Positions 7,727 through 15,707 of a stretch of 32,628 nucleotides of DNA are shown piece after piece; position 1 is the stretch's first letter; each line of letters begins with the position of its first letter. The position numbers and the translations under genes were made by a program. The notes beneath the pieces are model-generated. The model saw nothing but the letters and a program-made list of their open reading frames with translations, was not told the DNA's origin and did no database searches. This DNA comes from a virus (Duplodnaviria > Caudoviricetes). The stretch is from IMG/VR virus record IMGVR_UViG_3300020551_000013, positions 1-32,628 of that record. The stretch is one strand, 5' to 3'.

Positions 7727-9102
7727 CGCATTACCCCCTTCCGCGAGTTCCAAACGTGTTTGGCCCAAACATCCGGCGAGCGGTAGCCACGTGCCCGACC
7801 CAGTGCAATCAGGTCATCCAGCGTCTGCGCGCTGCCCTGCTCTTGCTTTTTCTGGCGGGCGATTTCCTTCGGGTCAATCTCCACCAGCTGGCCCTCGGCC
7901 TGCTCGATCTCGCGATCCTTTTTCGGATACTCAAACCCGCACTCCGGACATGCCGGCGCCGGCGGATGGCAGCAGTAGCACTCCCCGCACTGCCGTTGTT
8001 GGATCTCGTCATCGTCGCTAGCCTTGCGCTTCTTCTTTTTCCGGCCATCGAGTGTCCAGTCCCGAACGTCCTCCGCGAAACCGTGGCGGGAGAGGTTGCC
8101 TACGTGGTCAAGGATGATCGCCTTTGCCTTGCCTGGTGCCGGGCGAAGCACGCGGCCAATCTGCTGGAGGTGTAGTCCGAGGCTTTTCGTCGGACGGAGC
8201 AGGATCGCAGCGGTGACGAGCGGCAGGTCAAAGCCCTCGTTGATGATCTCGCAGCTTGTTAGCACGTCGAGCCGACCGTCACCGAGCGCCCGCACAACTT
8301 CGCGGCGGGCATCGCGATCCATCGTGCCGTCGATCGTGGCGGCCCGGTATCCGGCGGCGCTAAATTGGTCGGCGACGTGCTGCGCGTGTTTGACTGAGCA
8401 ACAAAACGCAACGGCTGGCGCGCCTCGGCAAATTCGCGAGTAATGCTCAACCGCGTCGCCGGTGATCGTCGGCCTGTCCATCTCCTCGGCAAGTTGTTCC
8501 TGGGCAAAGTCACCGCCGCGAGTGCCGATGTGCGAGAGGTCAGCGACAACAGGCGGCGCGTAATAGACCGGCGGTGCCAGGTGTCCACCTGCGATCAGGT
8601 CAGCCACTTCCGGCCCACGAATCAGGTCATCAAACACGTCCTTTAGCCCCCGGCCGTCGAGCCGCTGCGGCGTGGCAGTAACGCCGAGGACTCGAGCCTG
8701 CGAGTGGTGGGCAATGACTTTTCGCCAGCTTCCAGCCGTCGCGTGGTGCGCCTCGTCGGCGATGATCAGCGCCGGCCGGAATGAGTCTAGCCGGCGGACG
8801 TAGGTCTGGACGCTGGCCACCTGCACCGGAAGCGAGCGATCCGGCGAGCGACCGGCAGCAATCACGCCGTGATCGACGCCAAAGGCGCGGAGCGTGCGGC
8901 ACGTCTGATCGACAAGCTCTTGCCGATGCACAAGGATGACGACGCCGTTGCCTTTTGCCGCCGTCCCCTGGGCGATGTAGGAAAATAACACCGTCTTTCC
9001 GGAGCCCGTCGGTGCCACAACAAGCGGCGACCGCTTGCCGGATCGGTAGGATCCTCGAACGCCATCGACGAGATCGAGCTGGTAGTCTCGGAGTTGGATC
9101 AT
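7723..9102 (-). CDS. Superfamily 2 DEAH helicase (RadD/YejH-like) with C-terminal Zn finger
   Basis: APTGSGKT, DEAHH, TATP, EGFDLP, QQIGRVLR, then CGEC...CPECG. Confidence 0.93.
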   Translation of the reverse strand: MIQLRDYQLDLVDGVRGSYRSGKRSPLVVAPTGSGKTVLFSYIAQGTAAKGNGVVILVHRQELVDQTCRTLRAFGVDHGVIAAGRSPDRSLPVQVASVQTYVRRLDSFRPALIIADEAHHATAGSWRKVIAHHSQARVLGVTATPQRLDGRGLKDVFDDLIRGPEVADLIAGGHLAPPVYYAPPVVADLSHIGTRGGDFAQEQLAEEMDRPTITGDAVEHYSRICRGAPAVAFCCSVKHAQHVADQFSAAGYRAATIDGTMDRDARREVVRALGDGRLDVLTSCEIINEGFDLPLVTAAILLRPTKSLGLHLQQIGRVLRPAPGKAKAIILDHVGNLSRHGFAEDVRDWTLDGRKKKKRKASDDDEIQQRQCGECYCCHPPAPACPECGFEYPKKDREIEQAEGQLVEIDPKEIARQKKQEQGSAQTLDDLIALGRARGYRSPDVWAKHVWNSRKGVMR

Positions 9103-9326
9103 GGCGACTCCTTAAATGCGGCTGCTTTTGCTTTGAGGTCTTGATACTCGCTCCACCAGTCAATGGACACCTCGTCGAAGTAATCTAGCTCGGTTGCGAG
9201 TCGCTTGGATTCGTGCTTCCAGACGGCGACCTCGCGCTCCATCTCCTGTGCGAGGTCGCGAAGCACGAAACTCCACTGGCCGTCAGAGGCTGCGATCGCG
9301 GCGTCGGTTCTTGGCGTGTCACTCAT
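9099..9326 (-). CDS. Hypothetical phage protein (MSDTPRTD-type N-terminus)
   Basis: 75 aa, coiled-coil-like, overlaps neighbours. Confidence 0.65.
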   Translation of the reverse strand: MSDTPRTDAAIAASDGQWSFVLRDLAQEMEREVAVWKHESKRLATELDYFDEVSIDWWSEYQDLKAKAAAFKESP

Positions 9327-9696
9327 GGCGGGCCTCCTTCCATGCGGCAAGTGCCACGTCGTGTTCCGGCACAAACTGAATCACCTCACCAGCCAGCAGG
9401 TCGTAATTGTAAGTTCTCAACACGCTTGCCAGCCTGTCCGCAAGCTCTCGCTCGGTGGAAAGCTCAGCCCTCGCGTCGTTCCGCTCGCCTAGTGCGCGGC
9501 AAACGTCTAGCTCGGCCTGCTTGCGGTCTTGGCGCTCTTGCTCAAGCTGTCGCCCGAGCTCTTCCAGCCGTTCGGCGGCGGCGTCGAGCATCAAGCCAAT
9601 CTCTGCCGGGTGAGGCTGCTCTAACGCCTCATCACCTCGTCGCCAGCGATTGAATTGGCGAATCTGGGCGGACAGCTTTTTTGTCTCAGTTTTCAT
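9319..9696 (-). CDS. Hypothetical coiled-coil phage protein
   Basis: 125 aa with FNRWRRG motif and E/R/Q-rich heptads. ATGA overlap upstream. Confidence 0.65.
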   Translation of the reverse strand: MKTETKKLSAQIRQFNRWRRGDEALEQPHPAEIGLMLDAAAERLEELGRQLEQERQDRKQAELDVCRALGERNDARAELSTERELADRLASVLRTYNYDLLAGEVIQFVPEHDVALAAWKEARHE

Positions 9697-10130
9697 GCTC
9701 CGCTTTTTTTAACTTTAGCAATGGCGGCGCGGATCAATCGAATGTCCGCGACTGTGATTTCGCAATACACCGTGCTTCCGTTCCACGATTTTTCAATCTC
9801 ATCGTTCGGAAATGGGTCAATCCTTTGCAGCGCCTCCAGCAACTCGTCGCGTTGTTGCTCAAGTCTGCCGGCGAATGCGGCGGTCGTCACTTTTTCCGCA
9901 CCGGTAAGAGCGGCTGCGATGGCTTTAGGGATGTCATAGCGGCAAATCTTGCGGAAGTCAGAAGAGCCGCATTCGTCATCGCACGCCATTGCGTCAAGCT
10001 TGGTTAAGAAATCCAGCAACTCGTCGCGCTGGCGCTCTAGGCGGCGGGCGAATGACGCCTTAACAATCTCGCCCTGGTAAATGGTCGAGAATGACTCCTG
10101 GTCCGTCTCCGGTGTTGGTCGGTCGCTCAT
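9693..10130 (-). CDS. Hypothetical protein with an internal duplicated motif
   Basis: MSDRPTPETD... contains FARRLERQRDELL and FAGRLEQQRDELL. ATGA overlaps at both ends. Confidence 0.65.
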   Translation of the reverse strand: MSDRPTPETDQESFSTIYQGEIVKASFARRLERQRDELLDFLTKLDAMACDDECGSSDFRKICRYDIPKAIAAALTGAEKVTTAAFAGRLEQQRDELLEALQRIDPFPNDEIEKSWNGSTVYCEITVADIRLIRAAIAKVKKSGA

Positions 10131-10312
10131 GGCTTCGGTGGGGTTGCGCAGGCCAGTGCAATGTTGATCCGCGCGAGGCTCGCGGCCCGTGGCTGGAACT
10201 TGCCGGTCTTCCAGCGCCACCAGGTGGAACGGTTGACGCCGGCCAAGAGGAGGATGCCGGCGATGGGTTGGCCCGCCGCCTTGACGCGGTCTTCGATTTC
10301 GGTGGTGGTCAT
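10127..10312 (-). CDS. Cro/XRE-like HTH regulator (61 aa)
   Basis: IAGILLLAGVNRSTWWRWKTGKFQPRAASLARI matches the XRE HTH pattern. Confidence 0.75.
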   Translation of the reverse strand: MTTTEIEDRVKAAGQPIAGILLLAGVNRSTWWRWKTGKFQPRAASLARINIALACATPPKP

Positions 10313-10428
10313 GGTTGGATGATGCGAGCAGGCCCTCGCACGTCGGCGTCGCCGGGTCCGGGGTTTAGGTGGTTGATGATTGCGACGGCCGCGTAGAGCG
10401 CGGCGGCGAGGATAAGGAGGCGGCTCAT
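10309..10428 (-). CDS. Small membrane peptide (39 aa), not in the ORF track
   Basis: MSRLLILAAALYAAVAIINHLNPGPGDADVRGPARIIQP, with ATGA overlaps at both ends. Confidence 0.55.
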   Translation of the reverse strand: MSRLLILAAALYAAVAIINHLNPGPGDADVRGPARIIQP

Positions 10429-10571
10429 GGCTTTGGCGGGTTGCGGAGTTCTCGGCGGGCAGCCACGGCCTGCTCGATGTGCCATCGGCGTGCGTTGGGT
10501 TTGCCCATGCGGCGAGCGTGGCGAGCCAGCGCCAGTCGGTCGCGGATCTCAGAGTGGAGGTCGGTGGTCAT
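10425..10571 (-). CDS. Small basic hypothetical protein (48 aa), not in the ORF track
   Basis: MTTDLHSEIRDRLALARHARRMGKPNARRWHIEQAVAARRELRNPPKP fills the gap exactly, with a coupled stop/start. Confidence 0.55.
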   Translation of the reverse strand: MTTDLHSEIRDRLALARHARRMGKPNARRWHIEQAVAARRELRNPPKP

Positions 10572-10573
10572 GG

Positions 10574-10837
10574 TCAGGCGAGGATTGCTGCAATGACGCG
10601 GTCAAAACGCTCCAGAGCGTCGTCACCGGCTGGCATGGATGCGATCTTGGCAAGGATCGGCAGCGCTTTGGCTTGATCGGCGAGGACCGCCTTGTGTTCG
10701 GCGGTCATCATGTGGGCCAGCGACTGGAGCATCCCGGCGGCGGCAGCTTGCTCGGCGGTCATTCCGGCGCGGGCGGCCATGGCATCAAACTTGGCTTTTC
10801 CGTCGAGTCCGAAAATCAGTTGGGCGATGGTGGTCAT
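10574..10837 (-). CDS. Hypothetical early protein, first gene after promoter P2
   Basis: 87-aa Ala-rich ORF preceded by an (AACC)n leader. Confidence 0.65.
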   Translation of the reverse strand: MTTIAQLIFGLDGKAKFDAMAARAGMTAEQAAAAGMLQSLAHMMTAEHKAVLADQAKALPILAKIASMPAGDDALERFDRVIAAILA

Positions 10838-10945
10838 GGTTGGTTGGTTGGTTGGTGGTTGGTGTCGGTTGACGGCGTGAAACTAGCCCCCCGTTGCGTA
10901 AGTGCAACAAGAAAAAGCCCGCCCGCAAAAATAAATTCACCGGGG
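10838..10945 (-). promoter_or_regulatory. Conserved early promoter P2 (TTGCAC-N16-TAGTTT) plus (AACC)n leader
   Basis: -35 at 10902-10907 and -10 at 10880-10885. Near-palindrome GTTGCGTAAGTGCAAC at 10893-10908. AT tracts upstream. Confidence 0.7.
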
Positions 10946-10992
10946 CCAGCCAGGGCGAACAAGGAGCGGGAGGGCAACACCAGGAGCATCTG

Positions 10993-11448
10993 TCATGATC
11001 TTTTGTGACGGAGTCCGGCGGTATCTGCGCTATTGCCTTCGGCAGAGGGATTGCATCCATAGCCAGGGAGGTGGCCATACATTGAGATTCTGGCGACCAC
11101 GCTGCCCGTGGTGTAAAAGCTAAGATTCCCGAGCGTTTCGGGCTTTGCGTAGCGGCCGCATTGGGGGCATTTCCTTCCGCCCTCAGTCGACATAAATGTT
11201 TTGTAGTCCATGCCGTGATCCGGCTTGCTCCCAACGGACAACAATACATCGCTCGCAACCATGACCCGCTCCGAGTTCGGAGCGGGTTTTTCGTGCGTCA
11301 CGGAATCACACGCGAAGAATGCAGGACAACACGGTGTCATCAGTCCTTGTTCGGCCAAGAAGTTGTTGAAGTCACTCCCTCGGTGCGGATTCGGTGTCAT
11401 GGCGGGCGCGTCCTGCGTGATTTCGAGCGTGAAGGGTGCAGTGTCCAT
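10993..11448 (-). CDS. Hypothetical composite protein with CPQCG Zn knuckle; start at 11448 or 11400
   Basis: Contains NPHRGSDFNNFLAEQG and KCPQCGR. The upstream part of the tracked ORF overlaps another gene and is discarded. Confidence 0.5.
   Translation of the reverse strand: MDTAPFTLEITQDAPAMTPNPHRGSDFNNFLAEQGLMTPCCPAFFACDSVTHEKPAPNSERVMVASDVLLSVGSKPDHGMDYKTFMSTEGGRKCPQCGRYAKPETLGNLSFYTTGSVVARISMYGHLPGYGCNPSAEGNSADTAGLRHKRS
11264..11291 (+). terminator. Antisense-oriented intrinsic terminator inside a - strand ORF
   Basis: ACCCGCTCCG-AGTT-CGGAGCGGGT-TTTT, a perfect 10-bp stem plus U tract on +. Confidence 0.5.
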
Positions 11449-11452
11449 GACG

Positions 11453-11725
11453 TTATGCGTTGACCGCATCCAACCGCATTCGCGCCTCTGCGGTGATCCT
11501 CCAAAACGGCCAGCCGTTGCGGTTGTCCTCGGGCCGAACAAGCCCCTTAGCCTTGAGGACGGCCACAACGGCCATTGGATCTTTAGAGCAATAATCCAGC
11601 GCGGCCTTGATGTCTGGTGACTGCGCCTTGCCCTGCATTTCGGCAATGATGCCAAGGGCAATGGCTTCGCGTGCGCCGACTCCGATGGCAGCAAGCATTT
11701 GTCCGGCTTGAATTAGCGTTTGCAT
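11453..11725 (-). CDS. Winged-helix-like hypothetical protein
   Basis: MQTLIQAGQML...VVAVLKAKGLV.........WRIT resembles a wHTH (L..KGLV plus wing). Confidence 0.55.
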   Translation of the reverse strand: MQTLIQAGQMLAAIGVGAREAIALGIIAEMQGKAQSPDIKAALDYCSKDPMAVVAVLKAKGLVRPEDNRNGWPFWRITAEARMRLDAVNA

Positions 11726-11928
11726 CGGTTTGAGCGGTTGATGTGGCGTTGTCGGTCGGCATATTCTGCGGCTGCGAGGTTGAGCGCCTGCACGCCAGCC
11801 ACCGCAAAGGCCAGCGAAGGCCATGACGGCGCGGTGGCGAATGCGCCACCGATCAGGATGATGCCGCAGGCGAAAAAGAGGCGGGCGAGCATCAAGCAGT
11901 TGCGCGCTTGGAGATCGTGATAGTTCAT
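11713..11928 (-). CDS. Small membrane protein
   Basis: Two hydrophobic stretches, LFFACGIILIGGAFA and LAFAVAGVQALNLAAA. Confidence 0.6.
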   Translation of the reverse strand: MNYHDLQARNCLMLARLFFACGIILIGGAFATAPSWPSLAFAVAGVQALNLAAAEYADRQRHINRSNRCKR

Positions 11929-12812
11929 TATCTTTTGACTTTCAGGTTTTGGAATACTCGCAACCCAGCCACTTCCGGCAGCTTGCCGTTGCGCTCGAAG
12001 GATTTCTTAAGTGCCGCCAGCACATCGGCCCGCTTTGGCTCGATCCGGCAGAGTTGCGGGAATTTTGCGACAAATGCCAAGATGTCCTCGACATCGAAGT
12101 CGATCTCCTCGCGGACGCCGGCGGGAGCTGGTGCCGCAATAACCGCATCCGCTGCGGCGATCCGTGCCGCAGCGTAGCAATCCCGAGCTGCGGCGGCGTC
12201 AGCTTCAGCCTGGAGGCGCGCGGCTTCGGCTCGCGCCTCGGCCTCGCGTTGCGCCGCCAATGCTTTTTCCTGCGCCTCACGTGCCGCCTTTTGGCCCTCC
12301 TCCGATTGCGCGGCCTCGGCTTTTAGTCGGGCGATCTCCGCTTCGTGCGCGGCCCGTTCCGCGGCCTGTCGCTCGCGCTCAATCCGTGCGGCTTCGCGCT
12401 GCGCTGCCATCTCGGCTTCGTGGCGCTCGCGATCGACGCGCTGGCGATCCTGCTCGGCGGCGAGTTCGGCCTCGCGCTTGATGCGCTGCTGCTCCCGAGC
12501 GTATTCGGTGACGAGCCCCGACAGGCGGGCCTCTTCGGCAATCACCTCGGCCACGAAATCGGCGGCTATACCGTCGATCCGTTTGCCTAGATCAATCACC
12601 GGAGCCTTGACGATCTTGCGGCTGCTCTCGACCGCAGTGCGGACGCTGGCAAGGCTGCGGAGCCGGGACTGCGCGATGTCGCAACTGTCGGGATCTGTGA
12701 CAGCCACGACGGCGCGGGCGGCGGTGAGGATGGTTGCTTTCTGCCTCTCAGCTTCGGGCGTTATCGTGATTTGGTAACCATCTCCAAGGATGGCAAGTGC
12801 GTTGGTGCTCAT
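11928..12812 (-). CDS. Coiled-coil phage protein associated with the recombination module
   Basis: 294 aa with a long A/E/R-rich helix and a C-terminal FDVED......P.......V...LK.......AGLRVF domain typical of recombination-linked genes. Confidence 0.7.
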   Translation of the reverse strand: MSTNALAILGDGYQITITPEAERQKATILTAARAVVAVTDPDSCDIAQSRLRSLASVRTAVESSRKIVKAPVIDLGKRIDGIAADFVAEVIAEEARLSGLVTEYAREQQRIKREAELAAEQDRQRVDRERHEAEMAAQREAARIERERQAAERAAHEAEIARLKAEAAQSEEGQKAAREAQEKALAAQREAEARAEAARLQAEADAAAARDCYAAARIAAADAVIAAPAPAGVREEIDFDVEDILAFVAKFPQLCRIEPKRADVLAALKKSFERNGKLPEVAGLRVFQNLKVKR

Positions 12813-12943
12813 GGTTGGTTGGTGGTGTCGAGCGGTAGTTCGGGGTGGGTGTCAAACGATGCTTCGAGCAGCGTTGTGATTTCCGAGAGCTTGTCGATAA
12901 TGTCGTCAAGCTTGTCGATCAGTGCTTTTTGTGCGGTTGTCAT
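12809..12943 (-). CDS. Small hypothetical protein (44 aa)
   Basis: MTTAQKALIDKLDDIIDKLSEITTLLEASF..., with AC-rich leader and ATGA overlap. Confidence 0.55.
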   Translation of the reverse strand: MTTAQKALIDKLDDIIDKLSEITTLLEASFDTHPELPLDTTNQP

Positions 12944-12999
12944 GGTTGGTATTGGTTTGGTGTTGTCCGCGTGTAGGATGCGCGGCCCCCGCTGGAGAT

Positions 13000-13188
13000 T
13001 TAGGCTGGGCACGAAAACTTGATTTCGGCGGACGCGGTGTAAAACACATCGAAAGGAGCACCGTTGACGCGGACGGTTAGCGAATTGTCGAAGCCAGAAT
13101 CTTCTTCGCGGAACTCAAGCTGAACGGAGGTGACTCCGAGTTTGGCTGTGAAGTGGCGGGCGATGGAGTCTTGAAGGTCGGCGTTCAT
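13000..13188 (-). CDS. Hypothetical early protein, first gene after promoter P3
   Basis: 62-aa ORF immediately downstream of the conserved motif. Confidence 0.6.
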   Translation of the reverse strand: MNADLQDSIARHFTAKLGVTSVQLEFREEDSGFDNSLTVRVNGAPFDVFYTASAEIKFSCPA

Positions 13189-13287
13189 TGGTTGGTGGTG
13201 TCGGTTGACGTGCGAACCCTATCCGCAGCGGCCTGGAGTGCAACAAGAAAAAACCCGCCCCAGCAAAATAAATTTACCGGGGCGGGT
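13189..13287 (-). promoter_or_regulatory. Conserved early promoter P3 (TTGCAC-N16-TAGGGT) with upstream inverted repeat
   Basis: -35 at 13238-13243 and -10 at 13216-13221. ACCCGCCCC/GGGGCGGGT inverted repeat (13253-13287) brackets an AT tract and may terminate upstream transcription. Confidence 0.7.
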
Positions 13288-13296
13288 GGGAGCGAA

Positions 13297-13548
13297 TCAA
13301 AGGTGTCTCCGGTGGGCGTCCCAGCCTTTGATCCGATAGACTCGACGGATGAATTCACGAACGATCTCGGCCGTCATCCATGGCTTTCCTGTCAGGTGCT
13401 CCAGCCAGTGAACCAGCGCCTCCGGGTCTGGTATTCTCGACAGCTCGATGTGGTAGGGGTAGGCCGCATTGATCGTGATGTATCCGAGCTTTTCGTCGTG
13501 CTCAAAGATCACATCCATCCGAATCTGATGCTCTTCGATTGGGTTCAT
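13297..13548 (-). CDS. Hypothetical protein
   Basis: 83 aa, Y.I.L.RI.......W..HL..K.W pattern, fills the gap after RecT. Confidence 0.6.
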   Translation of the reverse strand: MNPIEEHQIRMDVIFEHDEKLGYITINAAYPYHIELSRIPDPEALVHWLEHLTGKPWMTAEIVREFIRRVYRIKGWDAHRRHL

Positions 13549-13569
13549 GTGTCGGCAGGTAGGGATTGA

Positions 13570-14292
13570 TCAGCCGAAGATGTCGCCGTCGTCAGTGGTG
13601 GCCGGCGCTGCGGCCTGCACTGGATCGGCCTTCGCAGCCTTGGTCTTTTTCGCGGGCGGCAGCACCTCAACCTCTGAGACTGGTGCCGGTGACTGCACGT
13701 CGTCAAAGATTGGCGGTTCTGTGCGGGCAGTCACATTGCGCGGACGGTCGCCGATGTCCTCCACCTCCTCGGTGGCGTGCATCCCGTTAAGGACGTCGGG
13801 AGCGTAGAGCCGTCCGAAAAACGCGGCGGCGCGATAGCGTAACATCAGTTCCGGCATCGTCTTCCATTTGCTCCCATTTTTAGCATACCAGCCCTCCGCC
13901 TTGGCCATCGAGATTGACGCCGGCGGGCCTTCAAGTCGCTCGCCAGTCTTGTCGGTCGTCCAGGCGATGCAGCTCCGGTCATCTCCCTCGCCAGTCACAT
14001 CGAAGCGGACCGGCGCGAACCGACCGCAACTGTTGAGAGCAGCGATGATGAACGTCGAAGACCAGCTGGGCCGGCCGTGGATGATGTTCAGGTTCTGCAT
14101 CACGGCGAGCGGAGAGGCACCGATCCGCTGCGCCATCTCAAGCGCGACGATGGCGTTGCCGATGTTGTCTTTACCTCGGTATTGCTCCGGGACGATGTTG
14201 GATGAGACGAGTGCCAGTGCCATGCGCTGGGCGGACTCGAACGATGCTGCGTTGGAAAACGCGGTGGTGGTGGTAACGATGTCGGTTGTCAT
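13570..14292 (-). CDS. RecT/Redbeta-like single-strand annealing protein
   Basis: SNIVPEQYRG..GNAIVALEMA, IIHGRPSW, KWKTMPELMLRYRAAAFFGRLYAPDVLNGM..EE. Directly downstream of a RecE-like gene. Confidence 0.85.
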   Translation of the reverse strand: MTTDIVTTTTAFSNAASFESAQRMALALVSSNIVPEQYRGKDNIGNAIVALEMAQRIGASPLAVMQNLNIIHGRPSWSSTFIIAALNSCGRFAPVRFDVTGEGDDRSCIAWTTDKTGERLEGPPASISMAKAEGWYAKNGSKWKTMPELMLRYRAAAFFGRLYAPDVLNGMHATEEVEDIGDRPRNVTARTEPPIFDDVQSPAPVSEVEVLPPAKKTKAAKADPVQAAAPATTDDGDIFG

Positions 14293-14321
14293 GTTGGTAT
14301 TGGTTGGGGTTGGGGAGAAAA

Positions 14322-15122
14322 TCAGGCCCATTTCGGGAGGTCAATCGTCAAGGGCGCATCGGAGTAGCCGGGCCAAGTGTCGGCATCTTGGCACCGACGG
14401 AAGGTGTCAAGATCAGTCTGGTATTCGATCCTGCCACGGCTTGTCATCGTCTCGCTCGCGACGTAAACGGCCACCAGGTAAGGCGGCTCGGTCTCGACGG
14501 CGATAAATACAAACCCGCGCGGAGCCTCGCCAAACGCGGCCTTGTAGCCGTCGCTATAAAACGCGGCCTGCACATGGTAGCGGTATTGCGCGATGGATTT
14601 TGCGAACCCCTCAGGCGAGGCATCGCGAGTCGTCTTGAGATCGACGATGACGCCACGCTCGGTCACGGCATCCGGCCTGCAACGGCACGCGATGCCATCG
14701 GCATCCCAGAATATTGACTGCTCGATTGTCGGATTGCCCGCCAGTGCCTTCGCAGCGGCTGGGTGGTTGTGAACAGCCTGCTGGATCTGGCAAAGCTTTG
14801 ACATCTCCTCCGCGGTGACGATCTCCTTGCCCTCGGCCTGCACCTCGAACTCGGCCCATGCGAGCTTGCCGGCAGAGGTGCGGCGTTCGATGCCTTCGGG
14901 CCGGACGGTCGCGGATGCGCGGAACAGTTGTGGCTCGAGAACCACGGTATGGGTCAAGCTACCCAGCCGCATGGCCGGCGTCTGCTCGGTGGGGTTGGCC
15001 TGCCTCCAGCGGTAGAGAGCGGGAGCCTTGCGGATGAGGTCCAGCCCGCTCTTGGAGATGGCAGGGCTGGCGTGATACTCTGCATTGGTCAGGTCGTGCC
15101 TGACAGTGGTGGGTGTGGTCAT
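14322..15122 (-). CDS. RecE-like exodeoxyribonuclease VIII (PD-(D/E)XK, DUF3799-like)
   Basis: EYHA..AISKSGL, G...H..VLEP, EQSIFW, CRCRPD, IVDLKTT, YHVQAAFY, FVFIAVE..PPY, WPGY. Confidence 0.9.
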   Translation of the reverse strand: MTTPTTVRHDLTNAEYHASPAISKSGLDLIRKAPALYRWRQANPTEQTPAMRLGSLTHTVVLEPQLFRASATVRPEGIERRTSAGKLAWAEFEVQAEGKEIVTAEEMSKLCQIQQAVHNHPAAAKALAGNPTIEQSIFWDADGIACRCRPDAVTERGVIVDLKTTRDASPEGFAKSIAQYRYHVQAAFYSDGYKAAFGEAPRGFVFIAVETEPPYLVAVYVASETMTSRGRIEYQTDLDTFRRCQDADTWPGYSDAPLTIDLPKWA

Positions 15123-15147
15123 GGTTGGTGTTGGTTGAAATTAGTAT

Positions 15148-15324
15148 TCACCGCTGCCATGTTGCACTTGCTACCGATGCAACTAAACGCCCGAAATTTT
15201 CCGCGCTGATCTCAATCATGGTATCGGTGCCGAGCTGAATAATAATCCCGCCCGGGCCATTTGTGGCGCTTATGTCCGTGACGACTTTTTCGCTGCCTAC
15301 CGTTAAAAACACTTTGTCTTTCAT
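15148..15324 (-). CDS. Small hypothetical protein (58 aa)
   Basis: MKDKVFLTVGSEK..., with ACCAACCATCAA leader. Confidence 0.55.
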   Translation of the reverse strand: MKDKVFLTVGSEKVVTDISATNGPGGIIIQLGTDTMIEISAENFGRLVASVASATWQR

Positions 15325-15379
15325 TTGATGGTTGGTGAGGGAAGAGCGCCGGGGATGGAACCCGGCGCGGTGAGGTGGT

Positions 15380-15571
15380 TTAGGCCGCAGCCTTGTCCCA
15401 TGCCATTTGGCGTTTAAGCCAGAGTTTTGAGAAGAAGTGGGCGTCATTGTATGACAGCCCCTGCCGCTTGTTGCGACCGAGAATTTTGGAACCCTCCCAG
15501 GATTCCCAAGTCCAACCATTGAGGTCAGAATCGAATAAAATGAAAAGGTTGTATTTGGTGTCGGCGGTCAT
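15380..15571 (-). CDS. Hypothetical early protein, first gene after promoter P4
   Basis: 63 aa, Trp-rich, immediately downstream of the conserved motif. Confidence 0.6.
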   Translation of the reverse strand: MTADTKYNLFILFDSDLNGWTWESWEGSKILGRNKRQGLSYNDAHFFSKLWLKRQMAWDKAAA

Positions 15572-15643
15572 GGTTGGTGTTGGTTGACGTGCGGACCCTA
15601 CCCCTCCCGCAGCGGAGTGCAACAAAATAAATCCACCTGCCTC
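15572..15643 (-). promoter_or_regulatory. Conserved early promoter P4 (TTGCAC-N16-TAGGGT)
   Basis: -35 at 15617-15622 and -10 at 15595-15600, followed by CGCACGTCAACCAACACCAACC-ATG. Confidence 0.7.
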
Positions 15644-15677
15644 AAAATAAAATTCCCGCCCCTTTCGAGGCGGGAAT
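15644..15677 (-). terminator. Intrinsic terminator downstream of the tRNA
   Basis: Minus strand reads ATTCCCGCC-TCGAAAGG-GGCGGGAAT-TTTATTTT. Confidence 0.7.
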
Positions 15678-15707
15678 CAATGACACGCACGAATTACCCC
15701 GGAAAAA

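Noticed and set aside
15161-15183. GTTGCA/TGCAAC inverted repeat as a fifth early promoter
   Set aside because: Spacing differs from the P1/P2 palindrome and there is no TAGnnT at 16 nt. At most an operator half-site. The same applies to GTGCAAC at 16034.
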